Positions 1-13,197 are shown, counted from the whole stretch's first letter. The stretch is 62,095 nucleotides of DNA, filler included, from Xylographa opegraphella (GCA_022813865.1; 7 parts of 7 records of this genome joined end to end with filler, not necessarily neighbours in it); one strand, 5' to 3'. Notes: generated by a model not told the origin, from the sequence alone. Program-made: numbers and translations.

Positions 1-59
1 GTCTATATTGCCTGCAGGCAATATAGAGGGCATTCTGCCAGGCAACGCTATTTCCAACA
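1..59 (-). mobile_element. Partial solo-LTR-like element, family A (cut by window start)
   Basis: Exact reverse complement of 12739-12797 (TGTTGGAAATAGCGTTGCC...). Confidence 0.85.
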
Positions 60-164
60 TATTACGTAAAAAATATAATAATATTATAAAGGTTACGTAA
101 ATAACACTGATTATATAAACTATTTTAGAATTACATAAAATCACGTATAATTACGTATACATTA

Positions 165-220
165 CCTGATCGAATATAATATTCGATCAGGATAATGTTC
201 GATCGGCCGATCCGAACATT
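165..220. repeat. Two adjacent inverted repeats (hairpins)
   Basis: CCTGATCGAATA-taa-TATTCGATCAGG (165-191, perfect 12-bp stem) and AATGTTCG-ATCGGCCGAT-c-CGAACATT (194-220). Confidence 0.7.
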
Positions 221-1131
221 CGGTCATCGGTCCATAATAGGCCCGAAATAGGGGTCCCATATTGCGACAGATTGCTTCTTACTTCAACCATCCTGCTTCT
301 GATCATCTCCGATAGAAACAATCCGGTGAATCGCTCCTACTGTAGGATCGCACCATTCCACTCGCTGCATTGATCAGATACACCTTTGTCAGCTCTCCAC
401 CATAATACAAAACTTTGCCTATAGCGGGCTGAGTCCGACGACGTGCAGTATTTACCTCGTAAGCGATACGTGCGCATCTGAGAGTGCAAGAATCCTTAAA
501 GCGGACATCGCCACACTGTGCTTCACGACACGTTTCGAACAAACGAACATGACTATATCCTCCGCGATGGACCTCTCCTCCGCTCGGTATCGCTCGTGTA
601 TGGATGCCGAAGATCTCGACGTTACTGGCGTGTCTTTACTCACCATCTCTCCGTCTGATGCCTGCTCGCCCGCCTGCCGTCCTCCCGTCTGACAGCTTCT
701 ATTTGACCACTCGCCCGTCTGGAAAAGGAAGTTCGGAGGATTATGCGGCATGGCACATCCTTCTGGACTCGTTGGACGGGATCCCGCAGTCCTGATCCTT
801 ATACTTCATCTATTGGCCTTGGCGATGTGACGTCCAACGAAGCGGTGACGTTCATGTCCGAAAGTGCTGGTGGTGATGGGCCTGGGGCGGTCAAGGCCGT
901 TGATTCGACGCAGCTGCTATCGTGGCCGAGGAGGGTGCTGAAGGAGAAGAGCTATAAAAGGGCTTTGGTGGCTGCTGGTATAATTGCTGGGTGTGTATTT
1001 CCTCTCGTTCAAGATCACATCGTCCGTTCATTTGCATTTTCTCGCCGGTTCACTCCTTTGTACAATCTCTTTTTGCAGACTTTCTTCACATACATTCTTC
1101 TCCCCGAATTCCACCTCCGTACTAAATAATC

Positions 1132-1833
1132 ATGGCTCCCCAAAGCATATACCTCCTCCTCGGCTTCATCGCCTACGCCTCCAGCAGGCCCCAACCGTCC
1201 GTCCTCTCCTCCCCCACCTTCACCGGCGTCGCCACCTTCAACAACTACGCCGTAAGCTCCCCCCACTCCCCCTTTCCGCACTCCCACCCCTAACACCCCC
1301 CACCCAGAACCAAGGCAACACAGTCTGCGGTCCCAAAACGGCCAGCAACCCCCTTTACTACGGCGCCGCGGCCGGCGACATCAGCCCCAACATCTCTGGC
1401 GGCCACTGCGCGGGTAGCATCGACCCGGGCCTATGCACACAAGGCCAATCGCCCGCGAGCGACTACGCGGGCCCCGCGTGCCCGACGACCAACTGCGGCG
1501 TCTGCTACCAGGTCACCAGCATGGGGCCCTACGGCAGCGGCGCCACCGCGCCTGACCCCGGCGCCCGCTCCATCATCGTCCAGATCATCGACAGCTGCCC
1601 CTCGACCAACGCGTGGAACTACTGCAAGACGCAGGTGCCCAGCGACGAGCGCTGCGGCAGCGCAGGTACCAATAGTCTGGATATCGATCTCGGTGCTTAT
1701 GTCGCGCTGACGGGGCTTGCGTGGGATGTAAGTCGTTCGGGCGGCGGCTTCCTTTCTGAGATGTGGGCTGACGCGTTGGGGTGTGCAGAATTCGCCGAAT
1801 CTGGATATCGCGATCCAGGCCGTCGCGTGCTGA
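1132..1833 (+). CDS. Secreted Cys-rich GH45/expansin-like (DPBB-fold) protein, ~194 aa, 3 exons
   Basis: Signal peptide MAPQSIYLLLGFIAYASS. GT-AG introns at 1252-1307 and 1728-1788 with CTAAC/CTGAC branch sites. Motifs CGVCYQVT...IIVQIIDSCP...NYCKT...NSLDID resemble fungal GH45 subfamily C/expansin-like proteins. Confidence 0.7.
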
Positions 1834-2847
1834 GCGGGGAGTTGTTAGCCCTTCTTTCCGTGCCGGCCTGGCGCGAGCCGCCGCCGTCGGCGAGAGCGGC
1901 GGTTGGTGGAGAATGTATGGTAGAGTGAGCTTTGGGTGCGAGCGGTTTTGGCACATAGAGGCTATTGAGTAGTGCCTTTCCACATTCACTACAGATAAAG
2001 ACCCCGTAAGGTCTTCGTTCCTCCACACCATCTATCGTCTGGCTTGGCCCAGAAGATGTCAGATAGCAATAGAAAGGCAAGGGATGCATATTGAGGACTC
2101 TTTACGGCGTAAGAACACAGTTCGCTCAACCACCGCATCGTGACGACTCGAGCGCCCTGGCGGGATATGAGCGTGTAGATCTCCCAGCTGTGCCTGCCAT
2201 ATGTATACTCCTTTCCCCCTCCTGGGCCCCTTTCCAAATCTACAAGGCCGCCCTTCCACGCCCCATCCTCCCATACCACATCCCCAACCACCCCACTTCC
2301 CCTCTTCCCCATCCCATCCCACACCCCCGCCCGGCCCCGCCCCTTCCCCCCATCCCCAGCGACCACAACCCACATCTACAAAGACAAGCCCATACCTCGT
2401 AGATAAATAATACAAAGAAAAACAAAAACGAAGCGAATCGATCAGACACGGCAGCGACACGTCCCTTTCGGGCACCTAAACGTAAAGACGCTAGCGTGGA
2501 GGCAACGTATCACATGGGAAGAGCGGAGAGGGAGGAAGTGGAGGTAGCGATTTGCGGGATAGGTCATGGGAGAAGACTGTCGATTGCTCGTTGGTTCTAT
2601 AGCGGGTGTTTAGATACAGGTTTTTTGGGGGGGGGGGGGGGGTGGAGTTGCAGTGAGATAGGACTTCTGGTGTGGAAGGAAAGTAGAAGGTAAATCCCCG
2701 CCCCCCCGATATACCGCCCAGAGAACCGTCCATATAACGCCTTCCCCCCCCCCCTCCCTCACCACTTCTTGCGCCCCCCTTTTAGTTGAATTGCCGAAAA
2801 CGACTATACACATGTCTCAATGTATGGGAAGCCTCCAGCGTGCTATC

Positions 2848-3964
2848 TTATGGCGCCACGGTGGTATATGTAACAATGGTAGTATCGACGACGACAACCA
2901 CTTCCGTGGTAGCAGTGACAACGGCTGTGGTCTGCAAGGCAAGTATCAGCAAGAGGATCTCCAATCGAAGGACGAAATGAACACTTACAGTAGCTGTATC
3001 GACGCTCGTCTGGGGCACCACCACCGTCGACGTGGCCGGCTCGTATGGCGAGGTGATGAAGCAGCTGCATGCGGAACTGACGCGGCTGGGGGGCACGGTG
3101 GCGGGGATGTAGGTAGGGATGGGGACGGTGCGCTTCTCCTTTCGCGCGGGTGCGGAAGTGCAGCCCGGCGGAAGGTATTGCGGGCAGTCGCGGTCGAAGA
3201 AGTAGAAGCTGTCTTGGCTAATGTACTGCACGTTGCCGGTCGTGGGTACGTTGAACAGGTTACAATATCCCAAGCCGCCGAGCTCGACCTGAAAGGACTG
3301 GCAGGTAGAATCTGCGAGGCAATTCTCGTGACATGTTGTGGGGTCAATACCGGGGGTTGAACTGATCACGTAATAGGCATATCCGTAGGCGGGGTAGTCG
3401 CAGACGGTGGCAGACGATGTGGGCTGTGCAGCACAGAGGGCTGTGGTTGTTGCGACTCTGTAGTGATTGTCAGCTGCCAGATCGAGTTACAGTAATGTTG
3501 AAATGCTAACATGGAAACTTCTGTGCTTGTTTCAGTGACGAGTGTTGTGTCTGTAACCGCGACTCTGAAGGGAATTGTTAGCTGACCACTTCAGTATCGG
3601 GCTTCCTTGTTCGCATACGTGGTGGTTTGGGGTACCACGGTAGTGACAGTCACAGTTGAGGTCTGCTGAAGGAACGCTGAACAGAACGAACTGGCAGCAA
3701 CAGAGACGGTTCTAGCAGATGATTAACGAGTATCCTAGACCTCTCGGCTTCACCAACATACGGGTTCCTCAGATCACGAAGAACGTTATCAGCATTGCAG
3801 ACTTGTGTTGCACGGGCTTCAATGACTGGGTGATCGACCTCTGCACGCTTCTCCTGCGATACCGCGCCAGGGAGGATGCCATTGACCGGCCCTATGGCAA
3901 CGGGAGAAGCAAAGCTCGGAGAAGCAGCAAGGAGCACAATGGCAGCGGAGATAGAAGATCTCAT
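2848..3964 (-). CDS. Secreted Thr/Val-rich cell-surface protein with a Cys-rich (PAN/apple-like) module, about 5 exons
   Basis: Signal peptide MRSSISAAIVLLAASPSFA, Kex2-like EKR site, CNADNVLR motif, CHENCLADSTCQSF..YCNLF module, SRVSSACSCF motif. The ORF pieces join through GT-AG introns. Confidence 0.7.
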
Positions 3965-4633
3965 CTTGAAAGCTTGTTGTCAAGGAAAGCTAAGTAACGA
4001 GAAAGGGACAATGAACAAATTCCTGGACGTCTTGGTGGAAGTATTCTCTGCTGACGATATTTCAGCGACTGGGAAAGTACGGTGATTTTGTAGACACCGC
4101 ATCGTGGGTTTTCTCGTAATTCGGACGCCACAGACATCTCCGAACGGTCAAGTGCCAGGAGCTGAAATTTGAAGTCAGAGTCTGGATCTCAACGTAGAGC
4201 CGGCCTAAGGACGTTTAGGTGCTACGTAGGACTGGGCCTTGATTGAGCAGTAAAGCCGCAGCTATGCTGGCCAATAGGAAGGAAAAGTAGGAAGGAAGGA
4301 AAGGAAGCCATGAGCCACGCTTAATTGCTGTCCCTGGCACGGCGCGACCGTTCAGCTCCACAAGAACCGACTGTCAGCCACGACTCGCTGACCGCTGCAA
4401 ACATGAAGACTGTACGCGAGGTGGAAGTGATGCTAGTTTCTCGTATGCTCGGCAGAGGATTCTTGAATAATTGAGCCACCAAGCGAACTTGCCCAGAAAT
4501 TTCACCCCATTCGATCACCCCATTCGATAATCCCATTGGATCGCTGACGCCGACGACCTCGTGCGAGCGACAGCAGACGTGATTGAGAACTGGAGCGAAG
4601 AGCCTGCTCACGGTAGGACCACCGCATCACAGC

Positions 4634-5582
4634 ATGGGCCCCCTCCCCACCCCTCCATTCCACCCCCTTCCCTCCATCCACAACCTCCGCTCCATCAGCT
4701 CCCACCCCACCTCGCACCCCACCCTCCGCACCCGCTCCACCTACATCTACCGCTCCGCCTCCCCATCCGCCATCTCCGCCGCAGATCTCCACACCCTGTC
4801 CTCCACCCTCCGCATAACGCACGTCTTCGACCTCCGCTCCGCCCCCGAGATCGCTGCCCTCGCACCCCTGGCCCCTTTTCCCACCACACCGTCCATCCGG
4901 CGCATCTGGGCGCCCGTGTTCGCCGAGCAGGACTACTCGCCCGAGCGCATCGCGGTGCGCTACAAGGACTACGCGAGCGGGCGGGCGGAGGGTTTCGTGA
5001 GGGCGTATGCGGATATCCTGGCGGAGGGGAAGGAGAGTTTTCGGAGGGTGTTTGAGTGGGTGAGGGAGGGAGAAGGAGTGGGGCTGATGCACTGCACGGC
5101 GGGGAAGGACAGGTACGCGGGTGCGGGTTCTCGGGCTGATAGGCTCTGGGGGCGACCGGCCGGTCGGGTGGGATGACGGACGCTGATAAACGCAGGACGG
5201 GCGTGCTGGTCATGCTGCTACTCGGCCTCGTGGGCGTGCCGGACGAGGCAATCGCGGCCGAGTATGCGCTCACGACGCAAGGGCTGGAGGCGTGGAAGCC
5301 TGGGGCGCGAGAGAGGCTGAGAGCAAGAGGTTTGCCGGAGGAGGGGATCGAGGGCATGATGAGTTCGTGGTGAGTGGTGCGGAATCGCTGGAGGTGCTGC
5401 CAGGGGCGAGGGAGGCGCTGATCAGAGGCAGGCCGCATTATATGGTGGCGACTTTGGAGATGATGAGGCAGCGGTATGGAGGGGTGGAGGGATATGTGAG
5501 GGATGTGCTGGGCTTTGGGGACGAGGATGTGGAAATCATCAAGAGGAATTTGGTGGAGGAGGCGCCGGGGGAGCCATTGTGA
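4634..5582 (+). CDS. Protein tyrosine phosphatase, Y_phosphatase3/PtpB-like family, 3 exons
   Basis: NLR...IYRSA, VFDLRS, catalytic HCTAGKDR-TG (split by an intron), IAAEYALT, and C-terminal YGGVEGYVRDVLG. Confidence 0.9.
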
Positions 5583-7245
5583 TGCCTCGATGGTGGACAG
5601 GGTACGAAACACAGCTTCAGAGTGCTCACGCTTGTCACACGTTCTCACTCCAATGGCCCGTTCGACGTCACTACCTCATGAACTGTTTTGTGAAACTAGA
5701 TCGTATCTGGCGGCTAACAAACAACGACAGCCAAACGAACGTAGGGTTTAGGAAAGCCGGGCCATCCCCAGCATACCAGGATTATGCCTTCTCATGGCCC
5801 AATGCAAGCGATTGTGTACCACAGTCTTGATGCCCTCGTACCCCTAACCATCTAAGTAGATACCATATACCAGTGTAGCGAAGCCTCGTTTCCAGCCCCT
5901 GTTTCTTTCACGCCGCATTGTACTGCTCCATTTCCCGCGCAGGCTGATCAATAGTGGGTTACGTTAAGCTATGCTGGAGCGGATCAATGGGCAGCACAGG
6001 ACAGTCATGCTCTGTAGCGACGATTGGGTCTACCGAGAATGCGATCTTGGAAGCCGAAGCCGTGATTAAATTCCCACAGCTTTTCGCAGGCGACGCAGTA
6101 GGAAATGAATGGCGCGTCAGTCGAGGTGCATACAAACGCTAGACAAAGGTGTCAGCATATACAAAAATCTACGGAAAATATTCTCGTCATAGGACAAGCC
6201 CGGCTCGGACTATGGATAGTAACATCTGATTGAAAAATTGGGAAGCGTATACGAGGAGAGTATAAGAGTAGTATTCACAATGCAATCGTCACACCTCTCG
6301 CCCGGAGTGTTTACTCGACCCCGACAACCTCTACGATCGTAGTTGACGCAGGAATACATGCTCTAGAATTAAGGCTCCGCCACTTGAACCTTCGCACTGT
6401 AAGGATTTGGGACACGAAGAAGTAGTGAGATAATGGTTAGAGTGAAAGACTTAGTGATGGTAACTGGTAAGCAGTTCATCGACTTGGTCACAACCGTCCG
6501 TAGTAGGAGAGACTACATGTATATAAAAACAAGTACGGTACTTGGAATGACTCTTGCCAATGAATCGCAATCACGCAAAAGTCATTGATACATTTTGTAC
6601 GGTTCTCGATCCCGCTCGATGCGGTCTGAAGGGTGTGAAATGCATGTGGCCGAATGGAGAGTCAAAGAGCATGATGCAGGCCTAGTGCGAGTCATAAACA
6701 CTCATATCACAAAGATGGGTGCTGCACGAAGCCAAAACTGATAAATTAACTAACTCGCCAAGGATCTGCAAGGTACGACGGATAACGCTCACATGAAGCA
6801 CCGCTTTGACTGCATTGTGGAACCTGAACCTGCAGACAACAGTATTCAATACTATTAGGACAGTCCATCTAATGCTGCCGCTGCAGTTGTTATGCTTCTT
6901 GGATCATACTTGAACAGGACGATGTCCGTGCGTCAGTATTCTTCGCGGATAGTAAACAGGCTCAGAATTATCAAACTCATACAAACTGCAGTATTCCTGC
7001 AAGCTATTTTTCTGAGTCATGTTACTCGACATGTGGGAAGAAACAATCCGCCAATGAGATTGCGAATTGCAAGCTATCTTGCGGAGCGTCCTAACGAAAC
7101 CACGTATCAGCCTTGAATGCAGCTATTCAGAGATGTGGCTGGAATGCATTCTTGAGATCGAAAAGCGATATTCTTTCTATGTAAGCCTACCCACCTGAGA
7201 ATGAGGCTGAAGCCATAGATGACAGGTACCTTATGCGCTTAAAGA

Positions 7246-9016
7246 CTAGCTTGCGTGAGGTCGTGGGCTGTTGCTCCCATTTCTTTTGATCAACCCGGCG
7301 AAGAAGTTGGCTAGAGCCTCGTTTTGCGATTTCCCGTCGGGTGTAGCTGAAGCAGATATATCTCGATCGGGCGTCTCTTCCCGCTCCTTAAGTCTCTTTA
7401 GCATGTCCTCGGCGTCTACCTGAATTCCTCCAACGTTAAATTGCACAGGTCCAATATGATCATTGACTTGGCTCCTGTCGTCCACAGATCCCGTTCCGCC
7501 ACCAGCCTTTACGCGCAGCTCCAGCGACGATGCGTCCTTATTGTCCTTGGGATCTGCACCGTGTTCTTCTTGTGCCTTTAATTGCTCCATAACCTGCAAC
7601 TGCCCGGCCAGGAATTCTTGCATACCCATCGCTTCCACTGTCAATCGGTCTCTTGAAAAGGTGGGTTGTTGCCCCGCAGTCTCCTTCGGATTCACAATAG
7701 TATTCTCATAGACAGAAAGTAAGCTTTCTCCGTCCTTGGTATTTTGCTGACATTGCTCTTCCGTACTCAATTCCAATGGCATTTCACTATCTCGTTGACC
7801 GAGCGATAGTTGGGGAAGTCGAATGTCATTGCTCCAGCCAGTACTGACAGCCTCAACATTGAAACCTTCCCTCGTTACCCTGATTTTGCCCCATGAGTCC
7901 CAGTTCGGAGGGATCAGTATCTTGTCGCGATCGATGACATTGTGTTTCAGAGTTTCACGCTTGAGTAAAGAATGGATCCCCAGTGTCGAGTGCACCAGTG
8001 TCGGAAGATGATTGGGGCTAGAGCTGGAAGAGTATATCAGTGATGCACCATCTGCAACGTAGATTAGCCAGCTGAGTTCACTTCTCACATCGAGAACATA
8101 CGCTTCAACAAAATGGTACGCAGAAACTGTAGGACAAAATCAAACTCTTCCTCCCGCCAGCCATGGTCTGTTTCCAGATTATCCATAATATTTGACTGGT
8201 CGAAGTATTAGTCCGCGTACAGCCTTTGTCACAAGTGCACTTACATTGTAACAGACAACAGAGAGGGGTATACCCAGCGCCTCATCCCATTCTCCGGGGC
8301 CTGGAGGTATCGGTGTGCTTGATTCATGGCTGGTGATGATTCCGGCTCCCCTTCGCCCTTGCTGCCACTCGCGCATTACTTCATCCATGCTACCCTTGGC
8401 GTCCTCGTCGAGTGATGTTAAGACTTCTTTTAGGAGCTCGATCCAATCCTTCATCTGCCGTATCCAATTCCATGGCTCCGACCAGTCCAGTAGGATCACA
8501 AAGAGAGAATTGGGAACGGTTTGTGCGGTGAGCAACGGAGGTAGTAGGGGGGCATAGGCCTGCAATGCTTCCGGAAGTGTATAGAAAGATAGCCGTGCAA
8601 GAGTGTCTGGCACGCTTCAGCATCTAAATCACGTCGGCCAGGAAGCCAGCGCACCCTCCTGATCAGCATCAAGGACATCTTGGTAGGTATAGCCAAGAGC
8701 GAATTCATTGGCGACGGGTGGCTTCTTCCGATGTCGCTCCTGGTGTTTCTTGGTTGGGTCCGGTGATAGAGTCTCTAGGAACTCCCTCTGGGTTTCTGCA
8801 CTTCCCCCTTGGTCGATGTCAGGCTGGGACACGATCGAGACGGATGCAAAGAGTATTACCTAGAAGAAAAACAGTTTTCTCGGTCAAACGCTTTCCGCTG
8901 CCAACACTGTCAAGAAGGCCTGACCACATATTTTCCTTAGCTTCTCCATCATTTTGAGCCTTCCTGGTCTTTGTGGGAGACGAGATAGGCTGGGAGTTCT
9001 TTGATTGATTCAACAT
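7246..9016 (-). CDS. dli1: Cytoplasmic dynein light intermediate chain
   Basis: MWSGLLDSVGSGKRLTEK, PPVANEFALGYTYQDV, ILLDWSEPW, DFVLQFLRTILLK, DRDKILIPPNWDSWGKI, QNEALANFFAGL. Several GT-AG introns. Confidence 0.92.
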
Positions 9017-9225
9017 GTCGAAGCTGCTCCAGAGATATGAGTGCTGACAATTGTTGTAGTCACCCAGCTAGCACGTTGTGGGGTTTTAAGCATCCTGTCT
9101 TCAACACAACAAAGACAGTTGCTATTGTAGACCATGTTTCGCTGCATGCGGTATCGCTCACCTAGGAGTTTTCCCGGGTTAATGCACGGCCCGATGCCAA
9201 TGCACACCCCCCCAGCATTTCACCA

Positions 9226-9325
9226 NNNNNNNNNNNNNNNNNNNNNNNNNNNNNNNNNNNNNNNNNNNNTTAATTAATTAANNNNNNNNNNNNNNNNNNN
9301 NNNNNNNNNNNNNNNNNNNNNNNNN
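9226..9325. other. Artificial contig spacer N44-TTAATTAATTAA-N44 (also at 18470-18569, 27450-27549, 36302-36401, 45045-45144, 53703-53802)
   Basis: Six identical 100-bp spacers; the 12-mer gives stop codons in all six frames. Confidence 0.95.

Positions 9326-9381
<56 letters not shown>
9326..9381. repeat. (TTA)n microsatellite (others at 18570-18630 and ~33159-33220)
   Basis: Read directly from the sequence. Confidence 0.95.
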
Positions 9382-9383
<2 letters not shown>

Positions 9384-9670
9384 ACAAATTACGCGACGAA
9401 AATATAATTATTAAAAAATAATTTAATAATAACGAGGGTAAATAACAAAAAATACTTTTTAATTTGATATAATATTCGTAAAAATAATAACTTTAAAAAT
9501 ATCCTCAAATCGAAAGCCTAAATTTTTAATTTATGAATATTTATATTTCGAAATTTTATTATTAAAAAATAATTAATATATTAATTTGTATTGTTTTAAG
9601 CCGTAATTTATAATTTTAAATACCGCTTCGGAGGTTTATAAGCCCGAGGCACCTAGATAGCATAAACGCA

Positions 9671-9857
9671 TGTCGGGCATAGCGCCTGGTGGGGTCCTTA
9701 ATAAAGCCACTTCCACTTCCACATCCTCCCCTAACGCTGGATCACCTTGTTCTTGTAAATACGCAAAGCTTCATTCTTACGTTCACTACATGGTTTCTTA
9801 AAGGTGTAATCAGTAATACCACAGGGCCTATTTTATTCTTAGAAAGAGATAACGACA
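9671..9857. mobile_element. Possible solo LTR, 187 bp (TGTCG...CGACA)
   Basis: 5-bp inverted termini and a size like the other elements, but the flanks do not match (ACGCA/GAGAC) and there is no second copy. Confidence 0.3.
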
Positions 9858-10004
9858 GAGACATCTCCATTCCATACAGTCCAGGCACGGGTTTAGAAGA
9901 TTGATTGTATGCCCATGTTTCACACAGTGAGGCGTTCGCTACGAGTGATAACAACCTGATCTCCAGAATATCGAAAGGTTGACCACAATCGGGATTGATA
10001 TTGC

Positions 10005-11203
10005 TCATAAGTTCTGTGGCTCGGCCTCATAGCCAGGATTATCAGTAACCACATTGAAGTAATCCAACATACTTCTATAAGCCCTTGGCATCATCAATTC
10101 AACGTATGAAGGTTCGCCAGATGAAAAGCAGTTGCAGCCAAACTCATCCCGACCGGTAAGAGGAGCATCTAAGTTTTCTGGCGAAATTAGGTAGGCACGG
10201 CCACGCTAGAAACCAGCCGTTAGTATTGGGCTTCGGGACTACAAGCAGAAGGGAGCAGCCTAGCATACTCTGCTCCAGAACTTCCGGAAGTTTTCGTCCT
10301 TGATATCGGTGTTCCAAATGTGAGAAGCACCCACCACGATTGCATCAACTCTACCCTCCCACTTCTTCCAGTCTTGCTGCAGATATTCGACGACCTCCAA
10401 AGCCCCATCCCCAATACCGATGATATCGATCTTGGCATGTTCGTTGGGCAACTTGTCTATCACTTGCTCGAAAAGACAAGTCACATGTTTTTGTATATCC
10501 TCGTTTTGAGGAATGATGTTGTTCACCCTGTCGATGATCATCGGCTCACTCACAGCAGTGTCTCGTGGTATGGCATGCCATGTTTGCTGGGACATAGCCC
10601 GCTGCCCACGCCGGTACCAAATGAGTTGTCCAGGATTGGCCATAATGATGGCTGGAGGATCCCGAGAGGCCATTTTAAGGTAGTTGACAAATTCAACGGC
10701 ACTGCCAGATGCTATTGTGTTTGCGCCAATAAGACGGTAGGCGAATATGCCAAGATCTTGACAGGATTCGCCAACATAGACAATGACACGCGTAGCGGTA
10801 GCCAGGTGGCTATCAGCGAGAATAGGCACGTGGTTATCTTGCGGAGTGGCACTGATTGGTAAACGAACAGTATCCATTGAAGAAGCTGCAAGACGTGAAA
10901 GAACTTCCCTGCGGATGCACGCTGCGCAGACAGGTAAGCCCAGGCTCTGTTATCAGAGGGTTATAATACTGTTCATCGCCTCTCGCTGCATCTCAACGCA
11001 TCGCTCATTCTTAGAAATGAAATAGTGGAATTCTTGATCCGGCTTCTCGATTGATCGTATATGATCTGTCTTGTTGATGGTATAGCTGTGAACGCGTCAG
11101 TCTTGGCCGCCACTTTGACTCTATAGCAACTGTACCCAAGGCCCTCCAGGTCGGCAGGGAAATAAAAGTCCTTCGGAAGACTGTTTTCAACACGTCTGAA
11201 CAT
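10005..11203 (-). CDS. arb2: Arb2-domain protein (Argonaute siRNA chaperone complex subunit-like)
   Basis: MFRR..LPKDFYFPADLEGLG, YFISKNERCVEMQREAMN, QDLGIFAYR, IIMANPGQLIW, RGRAYLIS..FGCNCFSSGE. Three introns; stop at 10005-10007. Confidence 0.85.
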
Positions 11204-11739
11204 CCTGAAAGCGGAGTGTATGATTTGCGAATCACCAGAACGGATCGAAAGAGTTCGGCACACAGGCTTAGGCAGCGAAAGAAAGCTTCACTGTTGATGA
11301 GTAACAATCGAGTTCAGACTCTGTGTTCCGAAGTTGGAGAGGTGCAAGGAGTTTGTCGATGCAGGTAGCATCAACATCCATCTGCAGTTTCATTATCGAC
11401 TCGTAGTTGTTGATAAAGGTGACGATTTGTGAAACTGGCCTCGGCTCCCTGGGCGATGTGAATTGAAGTGCCAACAAACGAGCTCCAAGTTCTGTAAGCA
11501 AATCAAGCCTTCGGGTTGATTGTTGCACATGCAAACAATCTCGAAGATGCTAGATTCTTGAGCCAAGAGTAGATCTCAACCGAAACTAATACTTTGGGTC
11601 TATTCTACTGCGTTGTTCTATCAAAACCTGGACTCCATTTCCAATGCTGCTCGTGTGACAACGCCACCCAATATTCTCACCTTGTAGGCGACAACCGTAT
11701 AATTCAAGCATTCACCAATGTGGTCATTCAAGAGCAGCT

Positions 11740-12263
11740 TCACCAACTGGCCTTCTTCACTCCAGGTATATCGCCAGCCAATGCATGAAGTCTGAAAGGA
11801 TACTATTATGAAGTTAGCAGTCTTACAGAAGACCACTCCGAACAGATTCGTACTCTGGCCATGCGGAAATCGCTGAAAACTCCTCTACTTTTTCCCCCCA
11901 TGATACATCTGTTATTTATTTGGGTAAATCGAGTATAAGCATGCATATGTGTGAGCTGAAGCTGGGCCTGAGCACGGGTTCGTTGAGGAACGGTAGTATT
12001 TCGAATGATATATCGCAAGGCTTGTCTGGAACCTAGTCGTCAGTCTCCCATCCCACGCATAGCTACTCAAGTTGGAGTAGGTTGGAATAAATAATACCGT
12101 TCGGTTTCATGTTGCTCGTAGACCTTGCTAAAAAGTCTATCGGCAAGAGCTATTGCAACATCTTCGAGTAGAGTCAAGTAGCTTACCGCTTGGTATGGTC
12201 CCTAATGACTTTTATGTTGACATAGCAGCTGAGATCTAGCCGTTTGGCGCGGAATTGTGCCAT
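11740..12263 (-). CDS. MRP2: Mitochondrial ribosomal protein uS14m (37S MRP2), 4 exons
   Basis: Spliced translation: MAQFRAKRLDLSCYVNIKVIRDHTKR/KVYEQHETER/QALRYIIRNTTVPQRTRAQAQLQL...NRCIMGGKSRGVFSDFRMAR/YPFRLHALAGDIPGVKKASW*. Confidence 0.92.
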
Positions 12264-12738
12264 CTCGATATGAAGTTTGGGGAAGTTCCAAAGACAGCAG
12301 CGCGGCCTTGGATGTGAGTATTTCGATGATAGCGATGGAGATTCAAATCTAGAGTTGTGTAGGAATTGGGCTTATGTAAGGAATCACGTGGTCAGAGTCG
12401 CGGCCCCTATATACCGTAGTTTCGTAGTAGAATGAAAACTCAGCTTGAAATATTATATTGATAATACTATTTATTATCGATTTTTATCGATTGGTGTTTA
12501 AGATTATTTAAATTTATTTTTTTAAATATTAATTAAAGTATTTAAATTTTATTTTTGTAATTATTAATTAAAATATTGAAAATTTAGTTTTTAATTTTTT
12601 AAAACAAAATTTATTAATTTATAACGTCGTATTCGTGGGAAGCGACTTTACAATAAAAAAAATTAAACGATTTAAGATTAATTTAATATAAAGTCACAAT
12701 AAAAATTATACGAGTTTATTTTAAGAATTAAAATTATA

Positions 12739-12938
12739 TGTTGGAAATAGCGTTGCCTGGCAGAATGCCCTCTATATTGCCTGCAGGCAATATAGACGCT
12801 AACCTGCTTCTAGACTAGCGTAGCCGTATATAAGGGAGCTTTCTTCCTTAAGAAGAAAGTAACCTTCTTACGCATCTTGACAGGTAGTTCAATGAAGCAC
12901 TGGTTCCACCATACTGATTCCACCCATTCATTTCAACT
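12739..12938 (+). mobile_element. Solo-LTR-like element, family A, 200 bp
   Basis: TGTTGG...TTTCAACT flanked by TSD TTATA/TTATA; second copy at 1-59; no N gap inside. Confidence 0.88.
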
Positions 12939-13197
12939 TTATATTTTAAAATAAAAATAATATATAACGAAAATTTGAATTTACACTGCGACATGAATTG
13001 AGTTAAACTGAGTTATTAAATAAATAAATCAATTCACTTTGGGTTGATACATTTATGAATTTAGTTTAATTTTTTTAATAAATTGAACTGGGTTGAATTG
13101 AATTAATTTAATCGCCTAATTATATAAAGTTATAATTATATATCAATTTTGTATAATAAATTTTTATAATTATTTTTATAATAATCGCGAATTTTTA

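Noticed and set aside
303..1129. Short ORFs upstream of the GH45-like gene
   Set aside because: No family resemblance and no consistent splice model.
4502..5648. Long antisense ORFs over the phosphatase (similar ones over CLF1 and the GH45-like gene)
   Set aside because: Shadow frames of GC-rich coding sequence with no recognisable motifs.
9270..9281. TTAATTAATTAA recurring about every 9 kb as a biological periodic motif
   Set aside because: It is always centred in 44+44 Ns: an assembly linker.
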